DNA of 64,000 nt from Candidatus Krumholzibacteriota bacterium (GCA_963764625.1 CAVXTH010000001.1:146681-210680); one strand, 5' to 3'. Numbered from the stretch's first letter, positions 9,287 to 19,823 are shown. Notes: generated from the sequence alone by a model not told the origin. A program made the numbers and translations.

Positions 9287-10987
9287 TCAGAGCGAAGGGT
9301 GCTTCTGGTTCCAGCCGCTCGCCCGCTGGTAGGCGGAAGCCAGAGCGACGATCGCCCCTTCCTCGTAGGTGCGTCCCACCAAGCTGAAGCTGAAAGGCGT
9401 GCCGTCCTTCTTGAATCCGTCCGGTACGACCACGCAAGGATGTCCGGTGAGGTTGGTGTCCAGAAGGCTTCGCCCGGCAAAGGACGGACAGACGTAGCCG
9501 TCGAGCTCCCCCAACATTTTCTCGAACTGATCCTGTAGGAGAGTGCGGGCGCGTTGCGCCCGGAGGTACTGGACCCCCGGCACCAGTTGCGCCGCCCGAA
9601 ACACGTTGGGCCAGGCATCCTCGACTTGGCGCACCATCTCGTCGTCTCGGTTGTCGCGCGTGAACTCGTCGAAGGCCGCCGCGGCTTCGACTTCCAAAAC
9701 GACGAGCATCTCGCTCACCGGAAGCTGGGGCAATTCGATCGGCGTGAACTCGACCCCCAGTTTGGCGAGAACTTTCAGGGCGTCTTGATCGAGCTCAGAG
9801 TTCTCGTACTCGCTCTCGAAAGCGGCCCGGTTGAATCCGAAGCGCAGGTCCTTCAGTTCCCCGGTCGAGTAATGCCGCCACGGCGCGGTCACTGCGTCGC
9901 GATCGTTCCCGTCAGCGCCGTGAATGGCCGAGATCACAAGAGCTGCGTCCTCCGCGCAACGGGCCAGAGCTCCGATCTTGTCCATCGTCCACGACAGCGC
10001 CATGCATCCGGAGCGGGGAACCCGTCCAAAGGTGGGACGCAGGCCGGTGGCGCCGCAGCGGGTGGAGGGCGAGACGATGGAGCCCAGCGTCTCGGTGCCC
10101 AGGGCGAAGGGCAGACCTCCGGCCGCGACCGCCGACGCACTTCCGGCCGAGGAGCCACTGCTGCCCTGCTCGAGGTTCCAGGGATTCTTCGTCATGCCGC
10201 CGAACCAGACGTCGCCCCAGGCCAGGGCTCCCACGCTGGTCTTCGCGATGAGAACCGCCCCCGCTTCGTCCAGGCGTCTCACCACTTCGGCGTCCTCATC
10301 GAGCATCTGGTCGCGATAGGGCTTGCAGCCCCAGGTGGTCGGATAGCCCTTCACCGCCAAAAGGTCTTTGGCGCCCCAGGGAATCCCATGGAGCGGCCCC
10401 CGGTAATGCCCGGCCGCGATCTCCTCGTCCGCCTTGGCGGCCTGCTCCAGCGCCCTCTCCTGCGTGAACGTGATCACGCACAAGAGTTTCTCGTCCAACA
10501 TCCGCAGGCGCTCCAGGAAGAACTTCGTCAGCTGCACGCTGGTGATCTCGCGACGGCGCAGGCGATGGGACAGTTCGAAGACCGAGGCGAACGCAAGCTG
10601 GTCGAGTGATTTGTTCTGGGCGGGACCCTTCGTTTGGAAAGGGTCGAGCGCCGCCGTGATGGCCTCGTACTCGCGCGGACCCTCGATTGCGGCTCGCGAG
10701 GTCTGCTGTCGGCTCCTGGGAGAGAAAGTCGTCGCGAGCGGCACCTCGTTGGCAAGCTCGAGCTTCTCCAGGGCCTGCAGAGCGTCGAGGTGCTCCTGCA
10801 CCGACTTCGTCATCAACTCGCGCTCGGCCTCGTTGAAGCTGAGATCGGCCAGATTCTCGGCGCAGGCGATGGTGTCGGCGTCGACCTTGAGGTCCTGCGC
10901 TCGCAGGAGCTCCGGCATGAAGGGAAGCAGAATGGAGGTGGCGACGGCGCGGCCCAGGAAGCGGCGACGGTCCAGAGTCTTGTTCAT
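9287..10987 (-). CDS. Tat-exported amidase-signature family enzyme
   Basis: Twin-arginine DRRRFL; motifs AKDL, GSSGSSAGSA and GTETLGSIVSPS (Ser-cisSer-Lys amidase). Start at MNKT (10987). Confidence 0.9.
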   Translation of the reverse strand: MNKTLDRRRFLGRAVATSILLPFMPELLRAQDLKVDADTIACAENLADLSFNEAERELMTKSVQEHLDALQALEKLELANEVPLATTFSPRSRQQTSRAAIEGPREYEAITAALDPFQTKGPAQNKSLDQLAFASVFELSHRLRRREITSVQLTKFFLERLRMLDEKLLCVITFTQERALEQAAKADEEIAAGHYRGPLHGIPWGAKDLLAVKGYPTTWGCKPYRDQMLDEDAEVVRRLDEAGAVLIAKTSVGALAWGDVWFGGMTKNPWNLEQGSSGSSAGSASAVAAGGLPFALGTETLGSIVSPSTRCGATGLRPTFGRVPRSGCMALSWTMDKIGALARCAEDAALVISAIHGADGNDRDAVTAPWRHYSTGELKDLRFGFNRAAFESEYENSELDQDALKVLAKLGVEFTPIELPQLPVSEMLVVLEVEAAAAFDEFTRDNRDDEMVRQVEDAWPNVFRAAQLVPGVQYLRAQRARTLLQDQFEKMLGELDGYVCPSFAGRSLLDTNLTGHPCVVVPDGFKKDGTPFSFSLVGRTYEEGAIVALASAYQRASGWNQKHPSL

Positions 10988-11157
10988 GGCCTCGTTCTCC
11001 CGGCTAGAAGGACGCCAACAGTATCTACCCTGAGACGCTTCGCGTCGCGGCTCAAATCGCGTGGGCTCGACGGGGAAGGGGTTTGGGGCTATTTTGGGCA
11101 CGAATTCCCAGGCGAACGGCCGCCGGCACTCAGTTCACAACCCCGGATACCTCGACC

Positions 11158-11982
11158 ATGACGAAGCAGGAACGCCGCTACGTGAAAAAAGATGGCGCGC
11201 CCCTCATGACCACGACTCTGTGGGATTATCGCTCGCAGAACTACCCCGGGAGTAAGCAGGGGAATCCGGAGTTTGAGGGAGCCACTCCCAGTTACATCAT
11301 CTGGAATCTGCTGCAACGCTACACGAAGCCCAAGTGGCTGGTGGTGGATCCGATGGCGGGAAGCGGCACCACCCTGGACGTAGCCCGCGATCTCTCCCGT
11401 CGCGCCCTGGGCTACGACCTGGAGCCCGTGCGCAAGGACATCTTTCGCGCCGACGCCCGGCACCTACCGCTCGAATCGGGGAAGGCGGATTTCGTCTTTC
11501 TCGACCCTCCCTATTCCACGCACCTCACATACTCCGAGAAGGACGAGTGCCTGGGCGAGCTCGACGCGCGCACGGGACCCGAGTACTACGCGGCCATGGA
11601 GAGCGTGGTCGCGGAGATGCACCGGATACTGCGGCGCGATCGCTACATGGCTCTCTACGTGAGTGATTCCGCGCGCAAGAAAAAGAGCTTCGTTCCTCTG
11701 GGCTTCGAGATCTTCGCTCGCCTCCGGCGTCATTTCACCCCGGTGGATATCGTGGCGGTGGTTCGCCACAATCGCACTCTCAAACGAAATCACTGGCACG
11801 AGAGCGCGGCGGAAGGCGGATTCTACCTGCGGGGCTTCAACTACCTCTTCATCATGAAGAAGGAACTTAGCGCCGCGAAGCCGGCAAGAGACACACAAAG
11901 CGGCGCGCCCAAGCGCAAACGCAAGACCACCTCCAAACGCAAGACCACCTCCAAGAGACCCCGCCCCAAGTCGCGACCCTGA
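11158..11982 (+). CDS. SAM-dependent amino-methyltransferase (N6/N4 DNA methylase- or Trm11-like)
   Basis: Motif I DPMAGSGTT and motif IV DPPY; basic C-terminal tail. Confidence 0.8.
   Translation: MTKQERRYVKKDGAPLMTTTLWDYRSQNYPGSKQGNPEFEGATPSYIIWNLLQRYTKPKWLVVDPMAGSGTTLDVARDLSRRALGYDLEPVRKDIFRADARHLPLESGKADFVFLDPPYSTHLTYSEKDECLGELDARTGPEYYAAMESVVAEMHRILRRDRYMALYVSDSARKKKSFVPLGFEIFARLRRHFTPVDIVAVVRHNRTLKRNHWHESAAEGGFYLRGFNYLFIMKKELSAAKPARDTQSGAPKRKRKTTSKRKTTSKRPRPKSRP
11917..11952 (+). repeat. Perfect 18-bp tandem duplication encoding KRKTTS twice
   Basis: AAACGCAAGACCACCTCC at 11917-11934 and 11935-11952. Confidence 0.95.
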
Positions 11983-12007
11983 ACCCCTCACCTCACGGAG
12001 CTTTGCC

Positions 12008-12580
12008 TTGAGTCTATCACCATGGCCCATTCATCAGGACGACACTCTGGCCGATATGGGGATCTTCCAGCTTCATTCGGTGCGAGCGGAGAACCCGCGC
12101 ACCGGCGAGACGCGAAAGCTGGCCCTCGTCACCACTCGTGACTGGGTGAACGTCATCCCTCTGACGGAGGACCACGAAGTAGTGTTGGTGCGACAGTGGC
12201 GTCACGGCACCCGCTCGATGACGCTGGAAATCCCGGGTGGACTGGTCGACCCCGGCGAAGAACCGCGGAACGCCGCGGCACGGGAGGTTCGCGAGGAAAC
12301 CGGCTACGCGGGACAAAAGCCCACTGAGTTGGGGGTGGTGCAGCCGAACCCCGCGTTCCTGGACAATCTCTGCCACACCTATCTCATCGAAGGTTGCCGG
12401 GAAGTGGGTGAGCTTCAGTTGGACGAGGGAGAGGACATCGAGGTGATCCGCATTCCTCTGGCCGAGATTCCCGGGCTCATCGCCGACGGCAACATTCAGC
12501 ACGCCCTGGTGATCTGCGGCTTCTACTGGCTGGCGCGGAAGCGTCCGGAGCTCTTCGACGGCAACGGCGAACTCAGCTGA
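12008..12580 (+). CDS. NUDIX hydrolase (ADP-ribose pyrophosphatase-like)
   Basis: Nudix box GGLVDPGEEPRNAAAREVREETGY; LVRQWRHG. Confidence 0.92.
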   Translation: MSLSPWPIHQDDTLADMGIFQLHSVRAENPRTGETRKLALVTTRDWVNVIPLTEDHEVVLVRQWRHGTRSMTLEIPGGLVDPGEEPRNAAAREVREETGYAGQKPTELGVVQPNPAFLDNLCHTYLIEGCREVGELQLDEGEDIEVIRIPLAEIPGLIADGNIQHALVICGFYWLARKRPELFDGNGELS

Positions 12581-13028
12581 GGCGCGAAGCAAAGAGGTAG
12601 AGGAGCAATAGCGCGAAAAGCAATGCGATTCCGCCCAGAATGAGAATGGCCGGTTGGATGGGACGCCGCTCGTCACCGGAGGCACGGGCCACGATCAGCG
12701 CCGCTATCACCACCACCACCGAGATGATCACCACCGCGAGCGGGAGCATCTGCTGCGCGCGGGGAATTGCTCCGCTCTGCAGTCCGAACACCGCCAGCCC
12801 CACAAGGAGCATGGCGACAACCATGAGCGCCATGGCGACGCCCCCCCAGTTCCCGCGGGTACGAGGCTGGGCCGAGATGCTGGCGAGACGGAGAGCCGCG
12901 AAGACCTCGCGCTCGCTCGCATCCGGATGCTGTTGGCGAAAGTCCCGGATCGCCGTGATCAGCTTCTGGGCGAGTTCGCGGGCGCGTGGTGAAGCGGGAG
13001 GGGTCACCGAGGACGGAATGAAGGTCAT
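12573..13028 (-). CDS. Hypothetical membrane protein (3 TM)
   Basis: Three hydrophobic segments; RBS GGAGG upstream of ATG. Confidence 0.65.
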   Translation of the reverse strand: MTFIPSSVTPPASPRARELAQKLITAIRDFRQQHPDASEREVFAALRLASISAQPRTRGNWGGVAMALMVVAMLLVGLAVFGLQSGAIPRAQQMLPLAVVIISVVVVIAALIVARASGDERRPIQPAILILGGIALLFALLLLYLFASRLS

Positions 13029-13129
13029 GACCGAAGCCTCCTTGGGCCAGAGTCCATGGTCTCGACTCTACACCAGGACCATGAGCCGGCAAGAGGCCGA
13101 TTTCCGCGTTTCGCAAGAAGCCCGCGCGG

Positions 13130-14665
13130 CTAGGGAGCTTTGACCGCCCCCAGATCCCAGGCCGATCCCACACGCCCCTGCTGAAGGATGTCCCAACTCT
13201 GGTCGGTCACGCCGGGATCCCAGTTGGGATGCTGCGGGTAGGACAGAGCCGAGATTCCCGCGCCGATCGCGGGGGAGCCATCCGCAAGCGCGAACTTTCG
13301 CGCAATGTCCAGGACGCGGTCGGTGCGCAGAACCGAGGTAGAGGGCACGGCCGGCGCGCTCAGCGCCGCGTTGACCCCCTCAATTCCATGAGCTTCGCTC
13401 GAGAGGTCCAGGTCACTCTCCGCCACGTTTCCGTCGAGCAGGTTGTAGTCGTGGGTGACGCCGCCAGCTCCCCCCTCGCGCACCCAGACGAGACGGCCGT
13501 TCCCGGAAGCCGAAGGCTGATTCGACTGGAAGATGTTGTTGAAGATCCAGGCGCTTCCCACCGGCACGCGGTTGCCGCGCACCTCGACCACTGAGCGCAG
13601 CTGCGAACCGCTGTTACCCCAGAAAGTGTTGTTGTAGACCCACACGTCGTCGCTGTTCATGATCGCCAGCGCGGCATCGCCCTTGAGTCCGACGAAGATG
13701 TTGTTGCGCACAATGGCGCCGCGCACGACGTGCTGGGAGGGATCGGGAATGCCCGGCTCTTCGGTCCCGATGCCCACCGCGGCGTTGGCGCAACCCCCGC
13801 CGTCCGAAGGACCGAAGACGTTGTTCTCGTAGAGAACGTTCTCGCAATTGATCTTCGAATACAGGAGCCAGTCACCGCCGCGGTCGGCGGTGTGGAAGAG
13901 CCAGCAGCCACGGATCACCACGTTGCGAATCTCGGCCGCGTTGGTTCCGTTGAGTCCTCGCCCGAAGATGTCGATGTTCTCCTGATACCAATGCCCGGTC
14001 CCGCAGGGATCGAGCGAGGGATCGCGCTGGCCGGGATTGAAGGCCACGACATTCTGGATCAGAAGGCCATCGACCACACCCGAGACTTTGATGACGTCAC
14101 AGTCGTTCGGAGCGTCGTAGATCACGCAATTGCGAATCTCACTGCCGCTCGAGTCGAGCACCCGCACGAGTCCGTCTCCTTGAGGACCCTGATTCCAAGC
14201 CCCGTGAATCTCGAAACCGTCGATGGCGGCTCCTTGCACCTCGGTGAAGCGCACCGCGCTCCGGTCGCCCGAGTAGATCGAGGCGGCCAGGGGCCCGTCC
14301 GCGGAGATGACCTGCACCCCCGACTTCATGTAGACGAAGCTCTCGTTGTACTCGCCGGCCTTGACCATGACCGCCATGCCCGCCGCGCTTTGATTCACGC
14401 CCTGCTGGATCGTGTGACAGGGATGATCGGGGTCGCCGCAGTCGGAGGTGTCGCTGCCATCGGGAGCGACGTAGATCGCCGGTCCGCTCCAGTCACTGCC
14501 GCCACTCCCCGATCCGCCACCCCCAGGGTTGGGGTCTACGGTCGGGATATCGTAATCGGGGGAAGTCGCAGTTGGCGTCTCCTGATTGCCACAGGCAATC
14601 AGCGCCGAAATCGAAAGCGCAAAGAGAACTGTGATCATGAGGTACGAAAAGGTACGAGAGAACAC
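13130..14665 (-). CDS. Lipoprotein with right-handed parallel beta-helix (pectin lyase-like/DUF1565)
   Basis: Lipobox LIAC; YVAPDGSD..PCHTIQ..VKAGEY start; repeated NNIF/NNTF/NNVF rungs; C-terminal SPAIGAG..WDLGA. Confidence 0.8.
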   Translation of the reverse strand: MFSRTFSYLMITVLFALSISALIACGNQETPTATSPDYDIPTVDPNPGGGGSGSGGSDWSGPAIYVAPDGSDTSDCGDPDHPCHTIQQGVNQSAAGMAVMVKAGEYNESFVYMKSGVQVISADGPLAASIYSGDRSAVRFTEVQGAAIDGFEIHGAWNQGPQGDGLVRVLDSSGSEIRNCVIYDAPNDCDVIKVSGVVDGLLIQNVVAFNPGQRDPSLDPCGTGHWYQENIDIFGRGLNGTNAAEIRNVVIRGCWLFHTADRGGDWLLYSKINCENVLYENNVFGPSDGGGCANAAVGIGTEEPGIPDPSQHVVRGAIVRNNIFVGLKGDAALAIMNSDDVWVYNNTFWGNSGSQLRSVVEVRGNRVPVGSAWIFNNIFQSNQPSASGNGRLVWVREGGAGGVTHDYNLLDGNVAESDLDLSSEAHGIEGVNAALSAPAVPSTSVLRTDRVLDIARKFALADGSPAIGAGISALSYPQHPNWDPGVTDQSWDILQQGRVGSAWDLGAVKAP

Positions 14666-14756
14666 GATGCACCGTCACGGGGAGGAAGATAAGCTGTGAT
14701 CGATCCGAGGGACAAGAGGGACAGCATCAAAAGTGCCACCCCTCCCATCACCCGAA

Positions 14757-16247
14757 TCAGCTTCCCAGGAGCCAATGCATGGAGGCATCCGCGAAGGCCT
14801 TGACCGGGACCCAGTAGAGGCCCAGCACAAGGGTCGGGACGGCGAGAACCACCAAGAGCGCCATGTGAACGGGAGAGAGGCCGAGGCCCCCCTCGCTCTC
14901 GGAATGCTCGAAGAACATCGCTTTCACGATGCGCATGTAATAGTAGAGACTGATCACGCTGTTGATCACGGCGATGAGAGCCAGCCAGCCCATCTGTCCG
15001 TCGATCGCGGCCGCGAATAGATAGAATTTCGCGATGAATCCGAAAGTGGGAGGAATCCCCGCGAGCGACAACAGGAAGACCACCATGATCACCGCCAGCA
15101 GGGGCTCGCGGAAACCGATGCCGCGGTACTCGTCGATCTCCTCGCTCCCCAGCCGGTTGTTGAGCGCGATCACCACCAGGAAGGCTCCCAGGTTCATGAT
15201 TGCGTAGGCGATGAGATAGAAAAGGATGGCCGAGAGTCCGGCCTCGCTCAGAAGCACGAAGCCGATGAGCAGGTATCCCACGTGGGCGATGGAGGAGTAG
15301 GCCAACAGCCGCTTCACGTTGTTCTGGCGGATCGCGGCGAGATTTCCCCAAGTCATGGTGATCACGCTCAAGAACGCCAGGAGCCACGGCCACTGAATGC
15401 TCTGCAGGGCCGCCATTGCCCCTCCGCTGCCCGTCTGCACCAGTGAGGTGTAGAAGAAGCGGATGAGCAACGCGAAACCGGCCGCCTTGGGGCCGGCCGC
15501 GAAGACCGCGGCGATGGGGGCGGGAGCCCCCTCGTAAACGTCGGGAACCCAGAAGTGAAAGGGCACCGCGGCGATCTTGTAGCCAATTCCCGCCAGGATC
15601 AGCACACAGGCGGTAAGGACGGCCAGTTCGTTGCCGCCCAGCACGAGCTTCTCGCGCAGGCCCACGAAGGACATCTCACCGGTGAGGCCGAAGAGGATCG
15701 AAGCGCCGTAGAGCATCAACCCGCTGCTGACCGCGCCCCACAGCACGTACTTTAGAGAGGCTTCCGAAGAGCGGAGGCTGTGCCGGGCATACCCCGCCAG
15801 AATGTAGCTGGTGATGGAGACCAGCTCGATCGACAACACGAGCATGATGAGACCATTGGCCTCAGCCATGACCATCATCCCGAAGCAAAGCACCGCCAGG
15901 TAGGCGTAGTACTCGCCCTTATTTTCGCGATCGGCGCCCATGATTTCGCGGCTGCTGAAGGAAAACACGGCCACGATGAGAGTGATCACGAGGAAGAGGA
16001 CGCGGAAGAACTGGGCGAAGGGATCGACCACGACCATGGTCCCCAGAATGCCGTGTGCGGTCTGCGGCGGATTCGCGACCGCCACTGCGAGCGCGACGAC
16101 CGTGCCCAGGATGAGTACGCTCAGAGTCACCGCGTGCCGCCGGCCTTGAGTGATGAGATCGGCCAACACACAGGCCACGAAGGTCACGACCATGATCGTC
16201 TCGGGCCAAAAAAATGCCGCGTCAGACCAATTGAAACTCACCGTCAT
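14757..16247 (-). CDS. nuoN: NADH-quinone oxidoreductase subunit N
   Basis: Motifs EASLKY, KIAAVPFHFWVPDVYEGAP and KRLLAYSSIAH; operon position. Confidence 0.95.
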   Translation of the reverse strand: MTVSFNWSDAAFFWPETIMVVTFVACVLADLITQGRRHAVTLSVLILGTVVALAVAVANPPQTAHGILGTMVVVDPFAQFFRVLFLVITLIVAVFSFSSREIMGADRENKGEYYAYLAVLCFGMMVMAEANGLIMLVLSIELVSITSYILAGYARHSLRSSEASLKYVLWGAVSSGLMLYGASILFGLTGEMSFVGLREKLVLGGNELAVLTACVLILAGIGYKIAAVPFHFWVPDVYEGAPAPIAAVFAAGPKAAGFALLIRFFYTSLVQTGSGGAMAALQSIQWPWLLAFLSVITMTWGNLAAIRQNNVKRLLAYSSIAHVGYLLIGFVLLSEAGLSAILFYLIAYAIMNLGAFLVVIALNNRLGSEEIDEYRGIGFREPLLAVIMVVFLLSLAGIPPTFGFIAKFYLFAAAIDGQMGWLALIAVINSVISLYYYMRIVKAMFFEHSESEGGLGLSPVHMALLVVLAVPTLVLGLYWVPVKAFADASMHWLLGS

Positions 16248-16250
16248 CTC

Positions 16251-17762
16251 CTAGCCGGGGATCATCCCGATGAGGGTGATGAGCGAGGTCTTGACCATGT
16301 TGATGAAGGGCGCCGGATAGACCCCGATGAAGATCACGATGGCGGCCAGTGGGATCACCGTCGCCAGCTCACGGGCGTTGATGTCCGGAATATTCGCGTA
16401 CTTCTGGTTGAGGGGACCCAGGAACACTCGCTGCAACATCCACAGCACGTAGGTCGCGCCGATGATGATTCCGACGGCGCTCACCATCGTCACCACCCGG
16501 TACACGGGGAACGCGCCCAAAAACACGAGGGCCTCGCCCACGAATCCGCTGAGCCCGGGCAGACCCAAGGCCGCGAACAGTGCCAGACTGAACACCGTGG
16601 TGTAGCGCGGCATCACCGATCCGAGTCCGCCGAAGCCGTTGATCTCGCGGTGATGGGCGCGATCGTAGATGACGCCCACCAAAAGGAAGAGCATGGCGGT
16701 GATGGTGCCGTGGTTGAACATCTGCAGCATCGCCCCGGTGATGCCAGCTTCGTTGAACACCGCCATCCCCAAAAGCACGTACCCCATGTGACTCACCGAG
16801 GAGTAGGCCACCAGCTTCTTCATGTCTTTCTGCGCCAGAGCGCAGAAGGCGCCGTAGATGATGTTGATCGCCCCCAGAATGGCCAGAGGCCAGGCAAACC
16901 AGCGCGTCGCGTCGGGCAGAACGGGAAAGCAGATCCGGAGCATGCCGTAGGTGCCCATCTTCAGAAGTACCCCGGCAAGGATCACGCTGACCGCGGTGGG
17001 CGCCTCGACGTGCGCGTCGGGCAACCATGTATGGAAGGGGAAGATCGGCACCTTCACCGCGAATCCGATGAACAGGAACATGAAGATCAAATGGCGCACG
17101 TTGGTGTTCAAGAGCCACGCCCCGTGGTTCACCTGATTCATCATGTAGAGCATGTTGAAGGTGTGCTGGCCGGTGTTTGGATCGCGTACGTTCAGATAGA
17201 GCGCGATCATCGCCAGCAGCATCAGCACCGAGCCGGCCAGTGTGTACAAGAAGAACTTGATCGCAGCGTACTCGCGCCGGGGTCCGCCCCAAATGCCGAT
17301 GAGGAAGTACATCGGCAGAAGCATCACTTCCCAGAACACGTAGAAGAGGAAGAAATCGAGCGAGACGAACACGCCCAGCATGCCGGTTTCCAGCATGAGG
17401 AAGAGGGCGAAATAACCTTTCGTCGCTTTCTCGATCCGCCAGCTCGCTCCGATGCAAATGAAGGAGAGCAGGGCGGTGAGGAGGACCATCGCTATCGAGA
17501 TTCCGTCCACTCCCACGAAATACTCGATGTTGAAGCCGGGGATCCAGGGGGTCCTCTGCCAGAACTGCATCGCTGCGGTTCCGCGGTCGAAGCTGAACAG
17601 GAGTTGGATTGCGAGAATGAGCGGGATGGCTGCGGTCACCAAAGCCGTCCATCGATGCGCCGTCTTGTTGTTCGACGGCAACATCACCAGGATGGCCGCA
17701 CCCAGAAGTGGCACGAAGGTCATCCAGGTCAACAGCGCGCTGGGGTTCGCGAGTTCTGTCAT
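16251..17762 (-). CDS. nuoM: NADH-quinone oxidoreductase subunit M
   Basis: Motifs FWEVMLLPMY and PFHTWLPDAHVEAPT. Confidence 0.96.
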   Translation of the reverse strand: MTELANPSALLTWMTFVPLLGAAILVMLPSNNKTAHRWTALVTAAIPLILAIQLLFSFDRGTAAMQFWQRTPWIPGFNIEYFVGVDGISIAMVLLTALLSFICIGASWRIEKATKGYFALFLMLETGMLGVFVSLDFFLFYVFWEVMLLPMYFLIGIWGGPRREYAAIKFFLYTLAGSVLMLLAMIALYLNVRDPNTGQHTFNMLYMMNQVNHGAWLLNTNVRHLIFMFLFIGFAVKVPIFPFHTWLPDAHVEAPTAVSVILAGVLLKMGTYGMLRICFPVLPDATRWFAWPLAILGAINIIYGAFCALAQKDMKKLVAYSSVSHMGYVLLGMAVFNEAGITGAMLQMFNHGTITAMLFLLVGVIYDRAHHREINGFGGLGSVMPRYTTVFSLALFAALGLPGLSGFVGEALVFLGAFPVYRVVTMVSAVGIIIGATYVLWMLQRVFLGPLNQKYANIPDINARELATVIPLAAIVIFIGVYPAPFINMVKTSLITLIGMIPG

Positions 17763-17820
17763 CGGTCGAGCGCTCCTTCATGGGTGGACGGCACAGCCGT
17801 CCGGTTCAGCCGTGCCCCCG

Positions 17821-19812
17821 TTACGAGGGCCACGCCACTCGATAGACGAGAATGAGGATTACGATGCCCGAGATCAGGCCAAGCAAATAGGTTTGAATCC
17901 GTCCGGTCTGCAGAGACCGTAGGGCGCTGCCGAAGCCGCGCAGCAACTCGCCGGTTCCGTTCACCAGGCCGTCGACGACTGCGTTGTCGAACGCGCCGAT
18001 GAGCCATCCAATCCCCCGCGTCAGATAGCCCACTCCGTTCACCAGGCCGTCGACGAACAACTTGTCGAAACCGGCGATGACCGAGGCCTTGGCGAGGGTT
18101 CCGCGCACTACCGTGTCGCGGTAGAATTCGTCGAACCAGTACTTGTTGATCAACAGACGATACGCTTCCGGGAAGGCCCGCTGCGCTCTCGCGCTGTTGA
18201 TCACTTTCACCTTGTAGGTCAACCACGAGAAGAGGATTCCCAGGCCCGCCACCAAGAGCGACGACCACATGGCGTAGATGTGCGCGCTGTGGTGCACTCC
18301 GTGCTCGCCCGCCTCTTGCGCGCCGGGGTTCATCACGAAGCGATGGAACCAGCCGGATCCCTGCGCGGTGAGCCCACCCGCGATCACGGCGAAAGTCGCG
18401 AGCACGATCAAAGGAATCGTCATGCTCAGGCCCACTTCGTGGGCCTGCTGGTATTTCTCCTCGTTACGCGGCTTGCCGGTGAAGGTCATGAAGACGATCC
18501 GGAACATGTAGAACGAGGTGAAGCCCGCGGCGAGGAGCGACATCGCGAACGGAAGCCAGTGGATGGGATGCTCCATGCCGAAGGCCAGCGCCGCGGCCAG
18601 GATGGCATCTTTGGAATAGAAGCCCGAGAACGGAGGCACCCCGGAAATGGCCAGCGTAGCCAGCAAGAAAGTGATGAAGGTGATGGGGAGCTTGTGCCGC
18701 AGGCCTCCCATTTCGCGCATGTCCTGCTCGTGGTGCATGGCGTGAATGACCGCCCCGCTTCCCAGGAACAAGAGGGCCTTGAAAAAGGCGTGGGTCGTCA
18801 GGTGGAACATCCCGGCGAAGACACCCCCCACCCCCACCGCCATGACCATGTAGCCGAGTTGGCTGATGGTGGAATAGGCCAGCCCCCGCTTGATGTCGGT
18901 CTGCACCACCGCCACCGTCGCGGCGCCCAGGGCGGTGATCGCCCCCACGTACATGATGAAGAGGAGGGCCCCCGGGGTGAACAGGGGAAAGAGCCTGGCG
19001 ATCATGTACACGCCGGCCGCGACCATGGTCGCGGCGTGGATGAGGGCGGATACCGGCGTGGGACCCTCCATGGCGTCGGGTAGCCAGATGTGCAGCGGAA
19101 CCTGCGCGCTCTTGCCGATGCAGCCCATGAACAGCAGCACTCCCGCCGCGGTCAGAAGGCCGCCCGAGAGCACTCCGGCGTGCACGCTCTGAAAGATGTG
19201 GGTGTAGCCGAAACTGCCGGTGGTGGTGAAAAAGATCAAAATGCCCAGCCAGAAGCCGTAGTCCCCCACGCGATTGACCAGAAACGCCTTCTTTCCCGCA
19301 TCGGCCGCCGAGGTTTTCGTGAAGAAGAACCCGATGAGCAGGTAGCTGGCCAGACCCACGAGCTCCCAGAAGATGTACAGGAAGAACACGTTGTTGCTGA
19401 GGACGATCCCCAGCATCGCGAAGGTGAACCACCCCAAAAATGCGAAGTAGCGCGAATAGCGCGAGTCGCCCTTCATGTACCCGACTGAAAAGACGTGTAC
19501 CCAGAACGAGACGGTGGTGACGACCACCAGCATGATCGCGGTCATCCCGTCGACCAGGATTCCCGCATCCACGTGGAAACGCGCGATCGTGAACCAGGTC
19601 CAGCTCTTCTCGATGATCTTCGTGGGTTCGTCGAGCGCCCAGAAATAGAAAAAGATTCGCAGGGAGAGAATCCAGGCGACGGCCAGCGCGCCAACTCCGA
19701 TGAAGTCACCGCGGCGGGGCAGCTTCTCCCCGAAAAAGAAGGTGACCGCGTAACTGAACAGAGGGAGTCCCAGAATGACGAGCGCCAGGGTAATGATGGT
19801 TTGTTGCTCCAC
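17821..19812 (-). CDS. nuoL: NADH-quinone oxidoreductase subunit L
   Basis: Motifs GKSAQVPLHIWLPDAMEGPTPVSALIHAATMV and THAFFKALLF; C-terminal QTG. Confidence 0.96.
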   Translation of the reverse strand: MEQQTIITLALVILGLPLFSYAVTFFFGEKLPRRGDFIGVGALAVAWILSLRIFFYFWALDEPTKIIEKSWTWFTIARFHVDAGILVDGMTAIMLVVVTTVSFWVHVFSVGYMKGDSRYSRYFAFLGWFTFAMLGIVLSNNVFFLYIFWELVGLASYLLIGFFFTKTSAADAGKKAFLVNRVGDYGFWLGILIFFTTTGSFGYTHIFQSVHAGVLSGGLLTAAGVLLFMGCIGKSAQVPLHIWLPDAMEGPTPVSALIHAATMVAAGVYMIARLFPLFTPGALLFIMYVGAITALGAATVAVVQTDIKRGLAYSTISQLGYMVMAVGVGGVFAGMFHLTTHAFFKALLFLGSGAVIHAMHHEQDMREMGGLRHKLPITFITFLLATLAISGVPPFSGFYSKDAILAAALAFGMEHPIHWLPFAMSLLAAGFTSFYMFRIVFMTFTGKPRNEEKYQQAHEVGLSMTIPLIVLATFAVIAGGLTAQGSGWFHRFVMNPGAQEAGEHGVHHSAHIYAMWSSLLVAGLGILFSWLTYKVKVINSARAQRAFPEAYRLLINKYWFDEFYRDTVVRGTLAKASVIAGFDKLFVDGLVNGVGYLTRGIGWLIGAFDNAVVDGLVNGTGELLRGFGSALRSLQTGRIQTYLLGLISGIVILILVYRVAWPS

Positions 19813-19823
19813 GGCCGCTGCCC

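Noticed and set aside
11158-11982. Restriction-modification system
   Set aside because: No endonuclease or specificity subunit adjacent.
15780-17855. Long antisense or alternate-frame ORFs (691 aa here; also 6499..8229, 2182..3522, 51028..52542, 58647..60107)
   Set aside because: They shadow well-supported genes, have no motifs and are expected from high-GC codon bias.
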